Numbered from the stretch's first letter, positions 41,968 to 55,600 are shown. The stretch: 64,000 nucleotides of DNA from Azolla caroliniana (GCA_043228905.1 JBHGNT010000009.1:7750001-7814000), one strand, 5' to 3'. Notes: a model not told the origin generated them from the letters alone. A program made the numbers and translations.

Positions 41968-44900
41968 GTAAGGTGGCACCTCTATTTGTATTGCTTGAGA
42001 TGAAGGCAAGAGGAAGGAAAAGAGGTCACCTTTTACTTTTATAGATATACGCACTTAGAGTGGAGGGACCAAAGTACTAAGAATTGGAAAAAAGGAAGGA
42101 GAGAACCTAATAATATTGTAATTAATAGTACATTCTATACATTCTAATGTTTTTTTAACAAGAGGAGAAAGAAAGGTTTCTTGCATGTCTGGTAAGTATG
42201 TATGGTCATGTGTGTAATGGCTGACGTACTATTCACCATTCAAAGGCTGCAAAATTTGTATTTGAGCTTCCGAAAAGAACTTCGAGGAGCTCGCCTCAAA
42301 TATCAAGTATACCTATTAAAAATTATCCATTCTCTCCCCCTCTCTTTTGGGGAACTTTTCTATTACCTTCTTTTGTTTTTTGAGGAAGTATTTTGGCTTG
42401 GCGTTACCTGATTTCTCAACCTTACCAATGTAGCTTCATGCAAACTTGCTCAACTTGTAGAGATCTTGACCACAACAAACGTATTTGGGGATTTGCCGAC
42501 TTTGACATCGTGAATTTCAATGCATGAACTTCTTGTCTAAACCTTACTAACATGGTTATGTCACTTGCAAACTTGACATGCATGACCTCCTTTTCTTGAC
42601 CAAAACCAATTGAGCATCTTAGTACCTTGTTCCAATTAGACCTTGCAAACTTATATTGATAGCATCTTAGTACCTTGCAACCTTACAATGTAAATGCATA
42701 CATGAAATCATGATCTTTTGCTATCAACATTTTAGTTCAACGCAACATTACTAACATGATGAAGGCAGCAATATTTTGGCGTCTTCAACTTTATAATGTA
42801 GCCTACATGCTTGAACATATGACATTCGTTTCTTAGCCTTACCAATGTAGCTTGTGGGTTTATAGGGGTTGAATGTATGACCTTCCAGTTTATTGAGCTA
42901 CATTCATGCGATCTCTCCCTCTTTATGAATATCTATGTACATATCGTTTTTCATATGTATGTGCACATGCTTCCAACATGGTAATTGTTTTCATGACATT
43001 TTCTCAGCTAATTTGAACCTCACCAATTGAGTCACATCGGTACGGTTCTCTCTCTATGCATACATGTAGCCTCTAGAGTGGTTATAGTTATGATTAAATT
43101 TAGATCTCTCTTATAATAAGACGGATGGGATGGCTTGTTTCTTAGGTATAAGGGCACTCTTATAACTTTCTATTTTTCTCTAAGTAATGCTCATAGTATG
43201 TACAAGTGTGTACACATACATAGAAGTCTCTCTTTCATAACATCATATGGGTCTCTAGTCCTTAGTGTGGTAATAGATTTAGGGAATCTTTTCTTATCTT
43301 GTCTCCAACCTTATAAGTGGCAAGAGTCTCTCTCCCTATGTACATATGTATATATGGTTATATATTACAAATATGCATGATACTAATATCTCAAGCAAAC
43401 TTCCCCCCCTCTCCCTTTAACAAGGTGGGTAGTGATACCTTCCCTCTCTCACTAAAGTGTATTGGTATATTAGCTCTAGTAAACTTTTATTCTCCCCATC
43501 CCAAAACCCTTCTCTCACACGCCATTCTGGGCCTCCCCTCCCCCAAATGTTTTTGTTTGTTTTTGTTCAATAATGCTCCTTTACTCCCCACTTTATGTAA
43601 TGGCATCACCTTTTATGGGTTTGCTACATGAAATCATGACCTCTTCATTTGGGTATTGTCTCCTTTTCTCATTTCATAACAAAGAATTTCATTGTCTTGA
43701 TCAAATGTTATGATTTGATTGTGAACCTTGTCATCTTAAAGGTGGAATTTCCTCTCCAAATAACTAAATATTGAAGCTTAGTTTTCTTTTGTGCATGTTG
43801 AGCTTGTGCTTTTAATCATCTTATGCATGTAGCTATTGGCCCTATACACGGAGACATTATTAAAAATGAGCTTTCATTTCAGAAATTTGAAGTTCTATTT
43901 TTGTATAAACTTTAGTAATCTCGAGCATTTTGTTGAATTCATTAAAGGACAAATTTGAAATCATTATCTACTCATTGGTAACCAAGTTTCATCTTTATTG
44001 AAGATTGTGAAGTGTGATGATAATTTTCCGTGGATGTTTATGTTTGACTTGATTTGACACACAACAACAATATCATATTGTAATGAGCAAATGATAATTT
44101 ACAAAGCATCACGTGCTATTTCTTATCTAGTAAAGCTTTAGATAACCATAACACACTTTACCTAATTATCAAAGATCATGAACGTCTAGGGATCGCTACC
44201 TAAAATATGCAACCCAAAGTTTACATCATTTATGTAATGCAAAGCTATTCCCATCTTTACACATAGTATCGAGTAATGCAACAAACGATGGTTTTCCAAA
44301 GATGGGAATATTATAAGGTAAAATGTGGGACATACAATACTTTAGTGTCAGTATTTTATGCATGCTAAGGGCAACTATGATGGATTAATGAGCTCATGCC
44401 CATGATTAGCTTTGTGCTAAAGTCTTATCAAATAAAAAATGTTTAGGCAAGGGTATATGTTTAATGGACTCTAAAGTATCGATTCCCCTTAAATAGTTGC
44501 TAAAAATGATGCCTCCCAATGAAACAATGCCTACCTTTATCAAGCCAACTAGCAAACCACAAGAAATCAATGAGAACGCACCTATGATCAGATTACAAAT
44601 ATATCTTCGTTCTTTCTAGAGTTGGATTTGCTCTGATCTGACTCGTCTCTGCCGGTGTTGTATTCCGACATCTTCTTCTTCCCTTTTTCCTTGCGCGTGA
44701 ACCGTCTCGTCGGTTCCTTACGCGGGGACAACATGGCTGAGTCTCCACTACTCGCCAACTCTTCATTTGACGAGTTGTTCCGACTCCGTTGCTCGTTCGG
44801 CCCACTTGTTGGAATGAGATCGGACTCTCGTCTAGAGTGCCGAATCCTTCCTCATCTTCTGCCCGAATCGTTTTGGGCTCACTGGTCTCATCCTCCAAAA

Positions 44901-45579
44901 CTAGGTCAGAGTCGGAAGTCGGAGTAGGTAGAGAGTACCATGATGCCAACTCATCAAATTCGACCTCTCGGCTCACTTGAACTTGTTTTGTTCGGGGGTT
45001 ATAGTACTTATAACCCTTTTGCTCATGTGAGTAGCCGACAAGGATACACTCCTGACTTCGGGTCAAGCTTTCTCCCCTTTTCATCCGGCACATGCACATA
45101 GGCAATGCTATCGAATACCCTGAGTTGTCATAAGTTTGGCTTTCGCCCGAAATATAGTTCATGTGCTAACACCTCCCCGATCCGGTTTTGGATGTAGACG
45201 GCTGTCCGAACCGCTTCGGCCCAGTAGAACTTGGCATGCCTTTCTCCTCAAGCATCGTCCGTGGTGCCTCGACGATCGATAGATTCTTCTTTTTAGCCAC
45301 ACCATTTTGTTCCGGTGTGTATCTATTAGGATTTTGGTCCCTCCGGCTGGGATATGAGTACCCGACAAGGAAGACCCAGTGAGAACCGGATGATGCAGGC
45401 CTGGTGAGAACCTCTCACCGGATGAAGGGACATAGATGTAAACATGTTTCTGTTAGCCCATTGTGGCTATATTTGTAAATAGCATGAAAGTCATATTAGT
45501 ATAAATATGACCTAGGGCAAACACTATTTAGTTAGTGTGGTCGTAGATCATCGCAAGAATAATTTGGGTGTAACTGTTG

Positions 45580-45620
<41 letters not shown>

Positions 45621-47440
45621 TGAGAGTAGCTACAAGCACTCTCTGTTGTAACCGCCGCTTGGAGAAGATTGTGAGGATGAGGTCGTTGCCTCTGTGCCTG
45701 CATTTTGTATTTCCTCTCTTCATAGTGATAGTTCGGAGTCTGTGGGCTCCCGTGGTTTTTCCCTATTAGGGTTTGCTACGTAAACATCCTGTGTATCATT
45801 TTTTTGTGTACTCTCTTTCAGTGTTTTGTGTATACGTGCATCTATCTCCACATTCCCATTTCTGTGATTGTCATTCTCAACAAAGTAGTTGAAGACTCGG
45901 TTGTGGCCGAGCATTATTCCGCATATTCTCTATAAACTGGTATCAGAACGAACAACACAGAAAATGGAAGAATCCTTCGGAGGCATGTTCAAGCTCACCG
46001 ACTCCAACTACTCAGTGTGGAAGTCGAAGATGAGGGACATGCTGGTGGTTAAAGATCTCTGGTTGCCGGTTTAGTTCGGGGAAAAGAGACCAGACAAGAT
46101 CGACGTCATAGTGTGGGAGGTGATGCACATGAAGACAACGACTTACATACGGTGCTTCATCGACATGAGCCTGTACAACAACTTCAATGAAGAGAGCAAG
46201 GCTCATGAGCTCTGGGAGAAGATCGGCATTATGTTTCAGAACAAAAATGCCGTTAATCGGGTTTCGGTATTTCGGAAGCTAGTGAGGCTCCGGTACCCAG
46301 ACAACTCTAGTATGGCGGAGCACATGAATGCCTTCCAGGGGCTGATACACCAAGCGAACTCATTTGAAGTACCTCTCGCCGATGAGGTACTTGCTCTACT
46401 CCTGCTTGGTTCCCTCCCGGATAGTTGGGAGACGTTAGTTGTCACTTTGGGCAACGCTGGGCCGGAAGGAAAACAATTATCCCTAGCAAGAGTCAAGTCG
46501 AGCTTGCTAGATGAGGAGGCATGTTGGAAAGACAAGGATACGAGCTTTCACTCCAAAGCGCTCCTTATCGAATTGGAATGCGGAAGACAAAGGAATCAGA
46601 GTCCCCAAACCCGGGAAAAGTCAGGGACATGGTCAAAGTCAAGGGGGAGGCCCACTTGCTTCTATTGCGGCAAACCGGGGCACTTCCAGAAGAACTATCG
46701 GCATTTCCGGAAAGACAAGGGAACCGACAGTACCGATTCGAAGAAGTCACCGGACCGAAATGGTTTGGATCGGCGAGGACCGGACCGAAAGGGAACGATG
46801 GCAATCGCGGCAAGTGAAGAGGAGTTGATGCTCATCATCGAGGAGAATGAGCTGAACCTTGCTGATGACAAGACAACGTGGGTTGTCGATTCCAGGGCAT
46901 CGTTCCACCTTACTCTGGACCGGAAATGCTTCTCATCATACATAGCCGGCGAGCACGGTTGTGTCCGGATGGGGAATGAAGGTACATGCTGAATCGTCGG
47001 CATAGGAAACGTGTGTCTGCCAACTCCAACCGGATGCAAGTTGCAGCTGAAGGATGTCCAACACGTTCCGGAGGTTTGACTGAACCTGATATCAACCGAT
47101 CGGCTAGATGATGAAGGCTACACTGGTAGCATCCGGAACGATGTCATGAAGTTCAGCAAGGGGAGCCTGATAGTGGCTTGGGCTTGGAAGGTCAACACAC
47201 TGTACTTGATGAATGCCCGGTTATGCTCGAAGAAGTGATCGTAGCATCCGAGACTACCGGTGAGCTGTGGCACAAAAGACTGTGTCACATGAGTGAGAAG
47301 GGGGTTCGGTTTTGCTTGCCGAAGACAACCTCATTCCGGTGAAGGACGTGCAACTTGAGAAGTGCACCGATTGCTTGGCCGGCAAGCAAAACCGAACCTC
47401 CTTCCGATCAAGACCACAGATGAGATGGAATGCACCACTA

Positions 47441-50400
47441 TGTCACGGATCATAAACTCAAGAGACAACCAAGAAGATAACCAAATGGACAAGAAAGAAG
47501 ATAGTACTAAAGGAAAGACTCCATAACTGGTGTTGTTCACCTTGAATTCCTTCAAGGTGAACTCCTGTATTTATACTACATGACATGCATACTTGTTGCA
47601 CGCATGTGAATCTACAATAGAGCATGTAGGTATGCATGCAGGTGCCAAGTGTAAATACTACAAGGGAGCAACTATGCACATGATGCTAGCAAAATAGTAA
47701 GGACCAATTACATACATAACTAGTACTAGATATCTTGGTTAACTCATAATAGTAGATTATAACATGGTCGTGTCAAGAGTTCGAATCTTGACATTATCCC
47801 CCCTCTTACGCCGCCTTCCCAAATCGGCCGCTGGTTTGTGGGGATATCAGTGATGAAAATCTTGGACGACCTCTGGGGCATTTTGTAAATTTGCCGATGG
47901 TTCCCATGTGGCCTCAGACATGGGGTAACCCCTCCATAGGACGAGGTATTGCAAGTGTCGACGGTGCCAACGCGAGTCAAGGATTTGGTCGACCTCGTAT
48001 TCCTCCCCTGTCGTCAATTGCACAGGTGGTGGTGGTGGGGCTTGACGTCTTGGGAGTTGTGAAGCATAATGGGGTTCGAGGAGGGAGACATGAAAAACAT
48101 CGTGAATCCGGAAGTGAGATGGAAGGGCGAGCCGGAAGGCGATGGGATTGATGCACTCGATGATACGGAATGGTCCCAACTTCTTGTAATCAAGTTTCGC
48201 ACATGGATGAGTAGTAGAGATGTGTCGACGTAACAACCAGACCATGTCTCCAACGACAAAGTGTGGAGTGGAAGATCGATGGCGATCAACCTGCTTCTTG
48301 TATCGTTCACTAGCAAGACTAAGCTCCAAGGATAAATCATGATGTACTTCTTCCAAAATGCGGGCACGATCCTCCGTCGAAGGGTTCACGGAAGTGGTAG
48401 GAAGGGAAATGTTGAAGCGAGGATGTAAACCGTAGTTGGCAAAGAAGGGAGTGACGCCAGTCGATGCATGGAGAGAATTATTGTAGGCGAATTCCGCGAG
48501 AGAAAGTAAGTTGAACCAATAATCTTGTTGGTAACTAACCGAGCACCGAAGATACTGCTCAAGGATTTGGTTGACACGCTCCGTTTGCCCGTCAGTTTTG
48601 GGGTGATAAGCGGAGGACAACTTGACAGAGATGCCTAAAGTTTGTAGCAGGCGCTGCCAGAAGTGAGAGACAAACTGGGGTCCGCGATCCGAGATGACAT
48701 CATCGGGGAGTCCATGCAAGCGTACTACATTGTTGAGTAGGAGATGCACCATTCCTTCTCCGGAAATGGTTTTGGAGCATGGAGTGAAGTGAGCCATCTT
48801 CGTAAACCGATCGACAACGACCAACACCGAGTCATAGCTATTGACCAAGGGTAGATCAGTTATCAGGTCCATAGAGATAGAGGCCCAAGGACGACGAGGA
48901 CATGGAAGCGGCTGTAGTAAGCCGTATGGCTGATGATGAATGGCTTTGGAGCGAGCATCTCGAATCTCATTGGCGAACGCATCGGTCTTGGATGCATCAG
49001 TGATTTGTTGGAGTAAAGAATCATCCTGCAACATACAAGTGGCAAACAGATGCAATTGGTCGGGTTTCAACAAACGTCTAGATTGTTGAGCATAAGCAGC
49101 ATCCCCAGGGCGGAGTGCAAGGTCAGCTCGGCGAGAAAGGGCATCAGCCTTCCCATGTTTGCCACCAGGTCGAAATACGATCTCAAAATCGTAGTCGGCG
49201 AGAAATGTCGACCAACGGGCCTGCCTTCGATTCAAAGTACGAGTGGTGGAAAAATAAACTAAATTTTTATGATCAGTCACTACCTGGACACGATGTTGTG
49301 CGCCGGCCAAGTAGGGTCGCCATTCTTCAAAGGCAGCAATGATAGCAGCAAGCTCCTTGTCGTAAATGGGATAATTGATTTCGGATGCCGTAAATTTTCG
49401 GGAATAGTAAGCCACTAGGTGCATTAGGTTGTTGTCGTCTGCTTGGGATAAGATGGCGCCAATGGCAAAGTCAGAGGCATCGGTTTCAACTTGGAAGGGT
49501 TTTGTGGGGTCGGCATGTAGCAGCACCGGGGCAGTGATGAATGCGTGTTTGAGTGAGTCGAACGCATTTTGTGCCTCCGAGGTCCATAAAAATGGAGTGC
49601 CTTTATGGGTGAGAGCGATAAGAGGTTGTGCTAGGGTGGAAAACCCCTTGATGAAGCGACGGTAAAAATTCGCGAAGCCGAGGAAGGATTGCACATCTTT
49701 AAGTCGCCTTGGAGTCGCCCACGCCTGAATGACAGAGACCTTCTTCATATCCATGGTGATGCCAGTGGGCGAGATGATGTAGCCCAGAAATTCGATCGAG
49801 GTACGGTCGGACTCGCATTTCTCGCCTTTGGCATAAAGGCCATGCTCGCGAAGTTTGGCAAGAACTAATCGGACTTGGCGAGAAAATGAGAATATCATCG
49901 AGGTAAATGACAACAAAAAGATCAAGATATTCCCGGAAAATATCGTTCATCATATGTTGAAAAACTGCGGGAGCGTTAGTAAGACCAAAAGGCATTACCT
50001 TGTATTCGAAATGCCCATACCGTGTTCGAAATGCGGTTTTCCATTCATCCCCTGGCTTGATGCGTACTAGATTGTACGCCCCATGCAGATCAACTTTGGA
50101 GAAGACACGCGCAACTCGGAGCCGATCAAGGAGTTCGGGGATTAGAGGTAGCGGATAGCGGTTGCGCACAGTGAGTTTGTTGAGACCTTGGTAGTCGACG
50201 CATAAGCGTAGAGAGCCGTCCTTCTTCTTCACAAATAAAATGGGGGCCCCGGCTGGTGACTTAGAAGGTTGAATAAAGCCTTTCTCGAGGTTCTCATCGA
50301 GATACACACGAAGGGCCTTCAACTCTGGTGCAGACAACGCATATAGAGGACCAAAGGGTGGACACGCACCTTCTTGAAGATCAATCGGACAGTCGTAGAG

Positions 50401-52643
50401 CCGGTGTTCAGGCAACCGATCAGCATTACATTTTTCAAATACGTCGGACAAGTGTTGGTATTTTTCGGGAATAACATGGAGTGTGTTAGAAATGGCGCCA
50501 CAAACAAACCCATCCTGGACGGATGATGGGGTAGTCAATTCGGAGTCGACCGTCTCCGAAGGATAGGAAACTGATCAATCGGACAGTCGTAGAGCCGGTG
50601 TTCAGGCAACCGATCAGCATTACATTTTTCAAATACGTCGGAGAAGTGTTGGTATTTTTCGGGAATAACATGGAGTGTGTTAGAAATGGCGCCACAAACA
50701 AACCCATCCTGGACGGATGATGGGGTAGTCAATTCGGAGTCGACCGTCTCCGAAGGATAGGAAACTGAATTTACCTTCATACTTTTGCACGAGCATCTTC
50801 GCTTGCTAAATGTGATCGAGCGGTTGCACCAATCCACTATTGGATTGTGCGCCTCCAACCACGTTAGTCCTAAGACGATCGGATGTCGAGGAGATGCGAT
50901 GAGGTAAAAGGTGAGCTCCTCTTGGTGTGAGCCAACCCGAAGCCCTAATGGGATTGTAGCTTGAGTAATTGCACCTGACGAGAGGATGCACCCGTCGATG
51001 GCTTCAACTGGAATGGGTTTTGAGAGGCCAACGACAGGTACGCCATGTGCTTGGGCAAACGCGACGTCGATGAAGCAAGAAGATGCCCCAGAATCAAGTA
51101 AAGCAACAGACTGAATGGAACTAGAGTTAAACGAAAGCCATACCTCCAATGTGAAATTGCCTGATGGTCCGGCAATGGAACCAAGAGAATGTGGGCGACG
51201 GGAGATGTCCAGTTGCATGGCTCCTATTGCAACCGAACGATGTCGTTTTCCGGATGTTGGGGTCTGTCAGCTCGATGGAATTGTGGGCGAGTACTCCTAG
51301 GACAATGGCGAACGACATGACCGGAGGCGCCACAATACATGCACAAGCCATTAGCCCGCCGAAATTGTCGTTCAGCATCAGTCAATGGCCGAAATCGGGC
51401 TTGATCAATTTCCATGGGGACATGAGCATCTGCTGAAGTAGGCGAGTGTGAGGATGCTTGGGGTTGTATGACCGGGGCGTGGCGTGGAAGTGAATGAGGT
51501 GGAACCCAAGTCCGGCGCTCTTCTTGGCGAAATTCGAAAAGACGATTGTCACAATGGACTGCTTGTGAAATCGCTTGGGATAACGAGGTGGGCTCCAGAA
51601 AGTTTAAGAGAAGATTCTTGACATTGCTTCGAAGACCGCGCCGAAAGTGATCAGCTAAAGCTTGATCATCCCAATTGACGTCGCATGCTAGTTGTCGAAA
51701 TTCGGAAGCATAGACCGAAGCTGCACGTGAACCTTGTTCGAGTGCATAAATCTTGTTAAGAGCTGTACGTCGTCGGTCCGTCTCTCCAAATGTGGCCTCT
51801 AACTCGGCGAGGAAGGCGGGAAAGTCCTCCAATAAAGGTGATGAGGTTTCTACCAATGGTGCAAACCAAGCTTGGGCCGGACCGGAGAGAAGGGTGCCCA
51901 CAAGGCCGACTTGTCGAAGACCATCTCCATAACGTTGAGGTTGTAGCCGAATGATAAGTCTAACTTGGTTGATGAACCCTCGGAAACGCGACCTCGTTCC
52001 ATCAAATTTTTCTGGGAGGCTAACCTTAGGCTCAAGAAACTGTGACGAAGCTAGGCTAGATGTTGGTAGAAGATCGGGCTCTAGGCTAGGTTGTTGTGGG
52101 AGACTAGGGTTTGGGGGTTGTGAGGATAGGGAGGTACCGACTTGAAGTTCTTGTAAAGAATTTCGAAGAGCTTCATTTTCAAGCTGTAGTTGTCGTAAGG
52201 CTACCATTATTTGGCCTAACTCACTAGTTGAGTCGGACATAGCTATGGCTTATGAGAGGGAGAGCTATGAGGATGGGAAGGTGAACAAACTGTCACGGAT
52301 CATAAACTCAAGAGACAACCAAGAAGATAACCAAATGAACAAGAAAGAAGATAGTACTAAAGGAAAGACTCCATAACTGGTGTTGTTCACCTTGAATTCC
52401 TTCAAGGTGAACTCCTGTATTTATACTACATGATATGCATACTTGTTGCACGCATGTGAATCTACAATAGAGCATGTAGGTATGCATGCAGGTGCCAAGT
52501 GTAAATACTACAAGGGAGCAACTATGCACATGATGCTAGCAAAATAGTAAGGACCAATTACATACATAACTAGTACTAGATATCTTGGTTAACTCATAAT
52601 AGTAGATTATAACATGGTCGTGTCAAGAGTTCGAATCTTGACA
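47441..52643 (-). mobile_element. Ty3/gypsy chromovirus (Tcn1-like), LTRs 47441-47793 and 52291-52643, TSD CACTA
   Basis: 353-bp LTRs with about 2 differences by eye; CACTA at 47436-47440 and 52644-52648. Intact gag 52240-51224 (PEKFDG, CMYCGASGHVVRHC); protease ALLDSGAS; RT YLDD; RNase H; integrase; chromodomain EYEVDQIL..YLVLWRGY..TWEP; PPT at 47794-47807. Host copia frame NAPL|ELMHTD is interrupted. Confidence 0.96.
51224..52240 (-). CDS. Gag of chromovirus (338 aa, uninterrupted)
   Basis: Retrotransposon gag motifs PEKFDG, LLSGPAQAW, QGSRAASVYASEF, PMEID and a CCHC knuckle. Confidence 0.85.
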   Translation of the reverse strand: MSDSTSELGQIMVALRQLQLENEALRNSLQELQVGTSLSSQPPNPSLPQQPSLEPDLLPTSSLASSQFLEPKVSLPEKFDGTRSRFRGFINQVRLIIRLQPQRYGDGLRQVGLVGTLLSGPAQAWFAPLVETSSPLLEDFPAFLAELEATFGETDRRRTALNKIYALEQGSRAASVYASEFRQLACDVNWDDQALADHFRRGLRSNVKNLLLNFLEPTSLSQAISQAVHCDNRLFEFRQEERRTWVPPHSLPRHAPVIQPQASSHSPTSADAHVPMEIDQARFRPLTDAERQFRRANGLCMYCGASGHVVRHCPRSTRPQFHRADRPQHPENDIVRLQ

Positions 52644-55600
52644 CACTAGAGCTGATGCATACCGATGTGTGTCAAGTGGACATGAAGGCACATGCCGGAT
52701 CGTAGTACTTCGTGATGTTCATAGATGACCACAGTCGGAAGCTGTGGGTCTCGCCGCTGAAGACGAAGGATCAAGTGTTATCCGTCTTCAAGGAGCTACA
52801 CGCAAGAGTGGAAAGAGAAGCCGGCCGGAAGCTAAAGGCGGTTCGAGCAGATAACGGAGGAGAATACCAGGGGAAGTTCGAGGAGTACTGCTGCTCGAAG
52901 GGAATCCGGCTTTAATTTACCGTGCCGAAGACGCCGGAACTCAATGGGTTGTCAGATAGTATGAACCGGACCATAATGGAGAGGGTCCAGAGTATGCCAA
53001 CACATTGCAAGTTACCCAAGACGTTTTGGGCTGAGGCGCTGACGATAGCGACGTATGTGATAAACAGATCACCCTCAGTACCCTTGGACGGAGACACGCC
53101 GCAGAGAGTGTGGACCGGTAAGGAAGTGTCTTACCGGCATCTGAAGGTGTTCGGGTGTCTCGCTTATGTGCATGTGGCAAAGGACCGGAGAGCAAAGTTG
53201 GATCCAAAGACTCGGCCTTGCATATTCCTCGGATACGACGATGATGAGTTTGGTTATAGAGTGTGGGACCCCGTCAACAAGAAGGTGTTCCGGAGTCGAG
53301 ATATTATCTTCATGGAGGACAAGACCCTTGCCGACTGGGAGTCGGAGAAGAAGATAATGAACTCTGAGTCGACCGGTAAGGATCGGTTTGATGAGATTCG
53401 GACCTACCCGGCTAAGAGCCAGTTGTCACTCGAAGAACCGGCCGGTTACGGTGAGGATACCGAACCGGCAGAAGAAGAAGAAGAGGAAGCTGGAACTGGA
53501 ACCGGCCAAGATCCCAAATCGGATTCAGATGAAGAACAGATGCAGGAGCTGGTTACCGAAAATTGAAGTCGGAGATATCCTCTCAGGAGAGAAGGCCCCC
53601 CCGGAGATTTCCGGATCTAGAGCATGTGTTGCTAACCGATGAGGGGGAGCTGGAAAGCTTCGAAGAAGCGAGGGAGGACACCCATAGCCGCAAGTGGCTA
53701 AATGCCATGCAGGACGAGATGGATCACCTGCATGAGAACCACACGTATGAATTGGTGGAGTTGCCAAAAGGAAAGCGGGCACTTCGAAACAAGTGGGTGT
53801 ACAAGCTGAAACTGGGAGATGCCGGTAACCCCCCGAGATACAAAGCCAGAATCATGGTGAAGGGGTTCTAGTAGAAGAAGGGCATGGACTTCGACAAGAT
53901 ATTTGCCCTTGTAGTAAAGATGACTTCCATCTGGACGGTGCTGAGCATAGCGGCAAGCATGGACCTCGAGGTAGAGTAGTTAGACATGAAGATGACGTTC
54001 CTCCACGGTGACCTCGAAGAGGAGATCTACATGCAACAACTGTAGGGATTTGTGAAGAAAGGGAAGGAGCACCTGGTTTGCCGGTTGAAGAAGAGCCTCT
54101 ACGGTTTGAAGCAGGCTCCCCGGCAATGGTGGAGACTTCCTGATACTCCTCCTATATGTGGACGACATGTTGATCGTCGGATGAGACCAAGTCAAGATAC
54201 AGATGTTGAAGAAGGCTTTGAACCAGACTTTCTCAATGAAAGACTTGGGTCCGGCAAGACAGATACTAGGGAAGCATATCATCCGGGACCGGTCAAAGAA
54301 GCAATTGTGGTTGTCACAGGAGAAATACGTGACAAAGGTGCTTCAGCGGTTCAACATGTTAGATGCGAAACAGGTTGGATCGACACTCCCGAGAAACTAC
54401 AGATTATCCGGTAAGCAAAGCCCAAAGACGAAGGCAAAGAAGGTGGATATGATGAAGATACCATATGCCTCTGCTATTGGTAGCTTGATGTACGCAATGG
54501 TATGTACCCGACCGGATATCGGATACGTAGTAGGAGTGGTGAGCCGGTTCATGAGCAATCCCGGCAAGGAGCACTGGAATGTGGTAAAATGGATACTTTG
54601 GTATGTGAAGGGCACTTCGAGTATGCGCCTCCGATTCGGCTCAGGTAAACCCCAACTCGACGGATTCACGGATTCAGACATGTCGGCTGATGCGGATACT
54701 AGCCGGTCAACATCCGGATATGTCATGACATTGCAGGGGGAGTTGTCTCGTGGTAGTTGAGGCTGTAGAAGACAGTTGCGTTGTCAACCACAGAAGCGGA
54801 GTACATGGCAGCTGTGGAAGCCGGCAAGGAAATACTGTGGATGAAGGACTTCATCAGAGAGCTAGGGATCCGACAAGAGGAATACCGGCTCTATTGTGAC
54901 AATTAGAGTGCCATCCACCTTGCAAAGAACGCTGCCTATCATTCCAAGACAAAGCACATCCAATGTAGGTATCACTGGATCCGGGAGCGAGTAGAAGATC
55001 GGGAGTTTGCGCTGACAAAAATCCACACGGAGGAGAACGCGTCAGATATGCTGGCCAAAGTGCTGGCACCTAACAAGCTAGATGCATGCAGGAAGAGGAT
55101 CGGATTGACGAGGCATCCCATGCCGGAGTGAAGGGGGAGTTTGTTAGGATTTTGGTCCCTCCGAATGGGATATGAGTACCCGACAAGGAAGACCCGGTGA
55201 GAATCGGATGATGCAAGCCTGGTGAGAACCTCTCACCGGATGAAGGGACATAGATGTAAACATGTTTCTGTTAGCCCATTGTGGCTATATTTGTAAATAG
55301 CCTGAAATTCATATTAGTATAAATATGACCTAGGGCAAACACTATTTAGTTAGTGTGGTTGTAGATCATCGCAAGAGTAATTTGGGTGTAATTGCTGTAG
55401 AGAGAGAGAGAGAGAGAGAGTAGCTACAAGCACTCTATGTTGTAACCGCCGCTTGGAGAAGATCGCGAGGACGAGGTCGTTACCTCTGTGCCTGCATTTT
55501 GTATTTCCTCTCTTCATAGTGATAGTTCGGAGTCTGTGGGCTCCCGTGGTTTTTCTCTATTAGGGTTTGCCACGTAAACATCCTGTGTATCATTTTTTTG

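Noticed and set aside
47458-52529. Twin 73-aa ORFs (47458-47679 and 52308-52529)
   Set aside because: They lie wholly inside the two LTR copies; no coding evidence.
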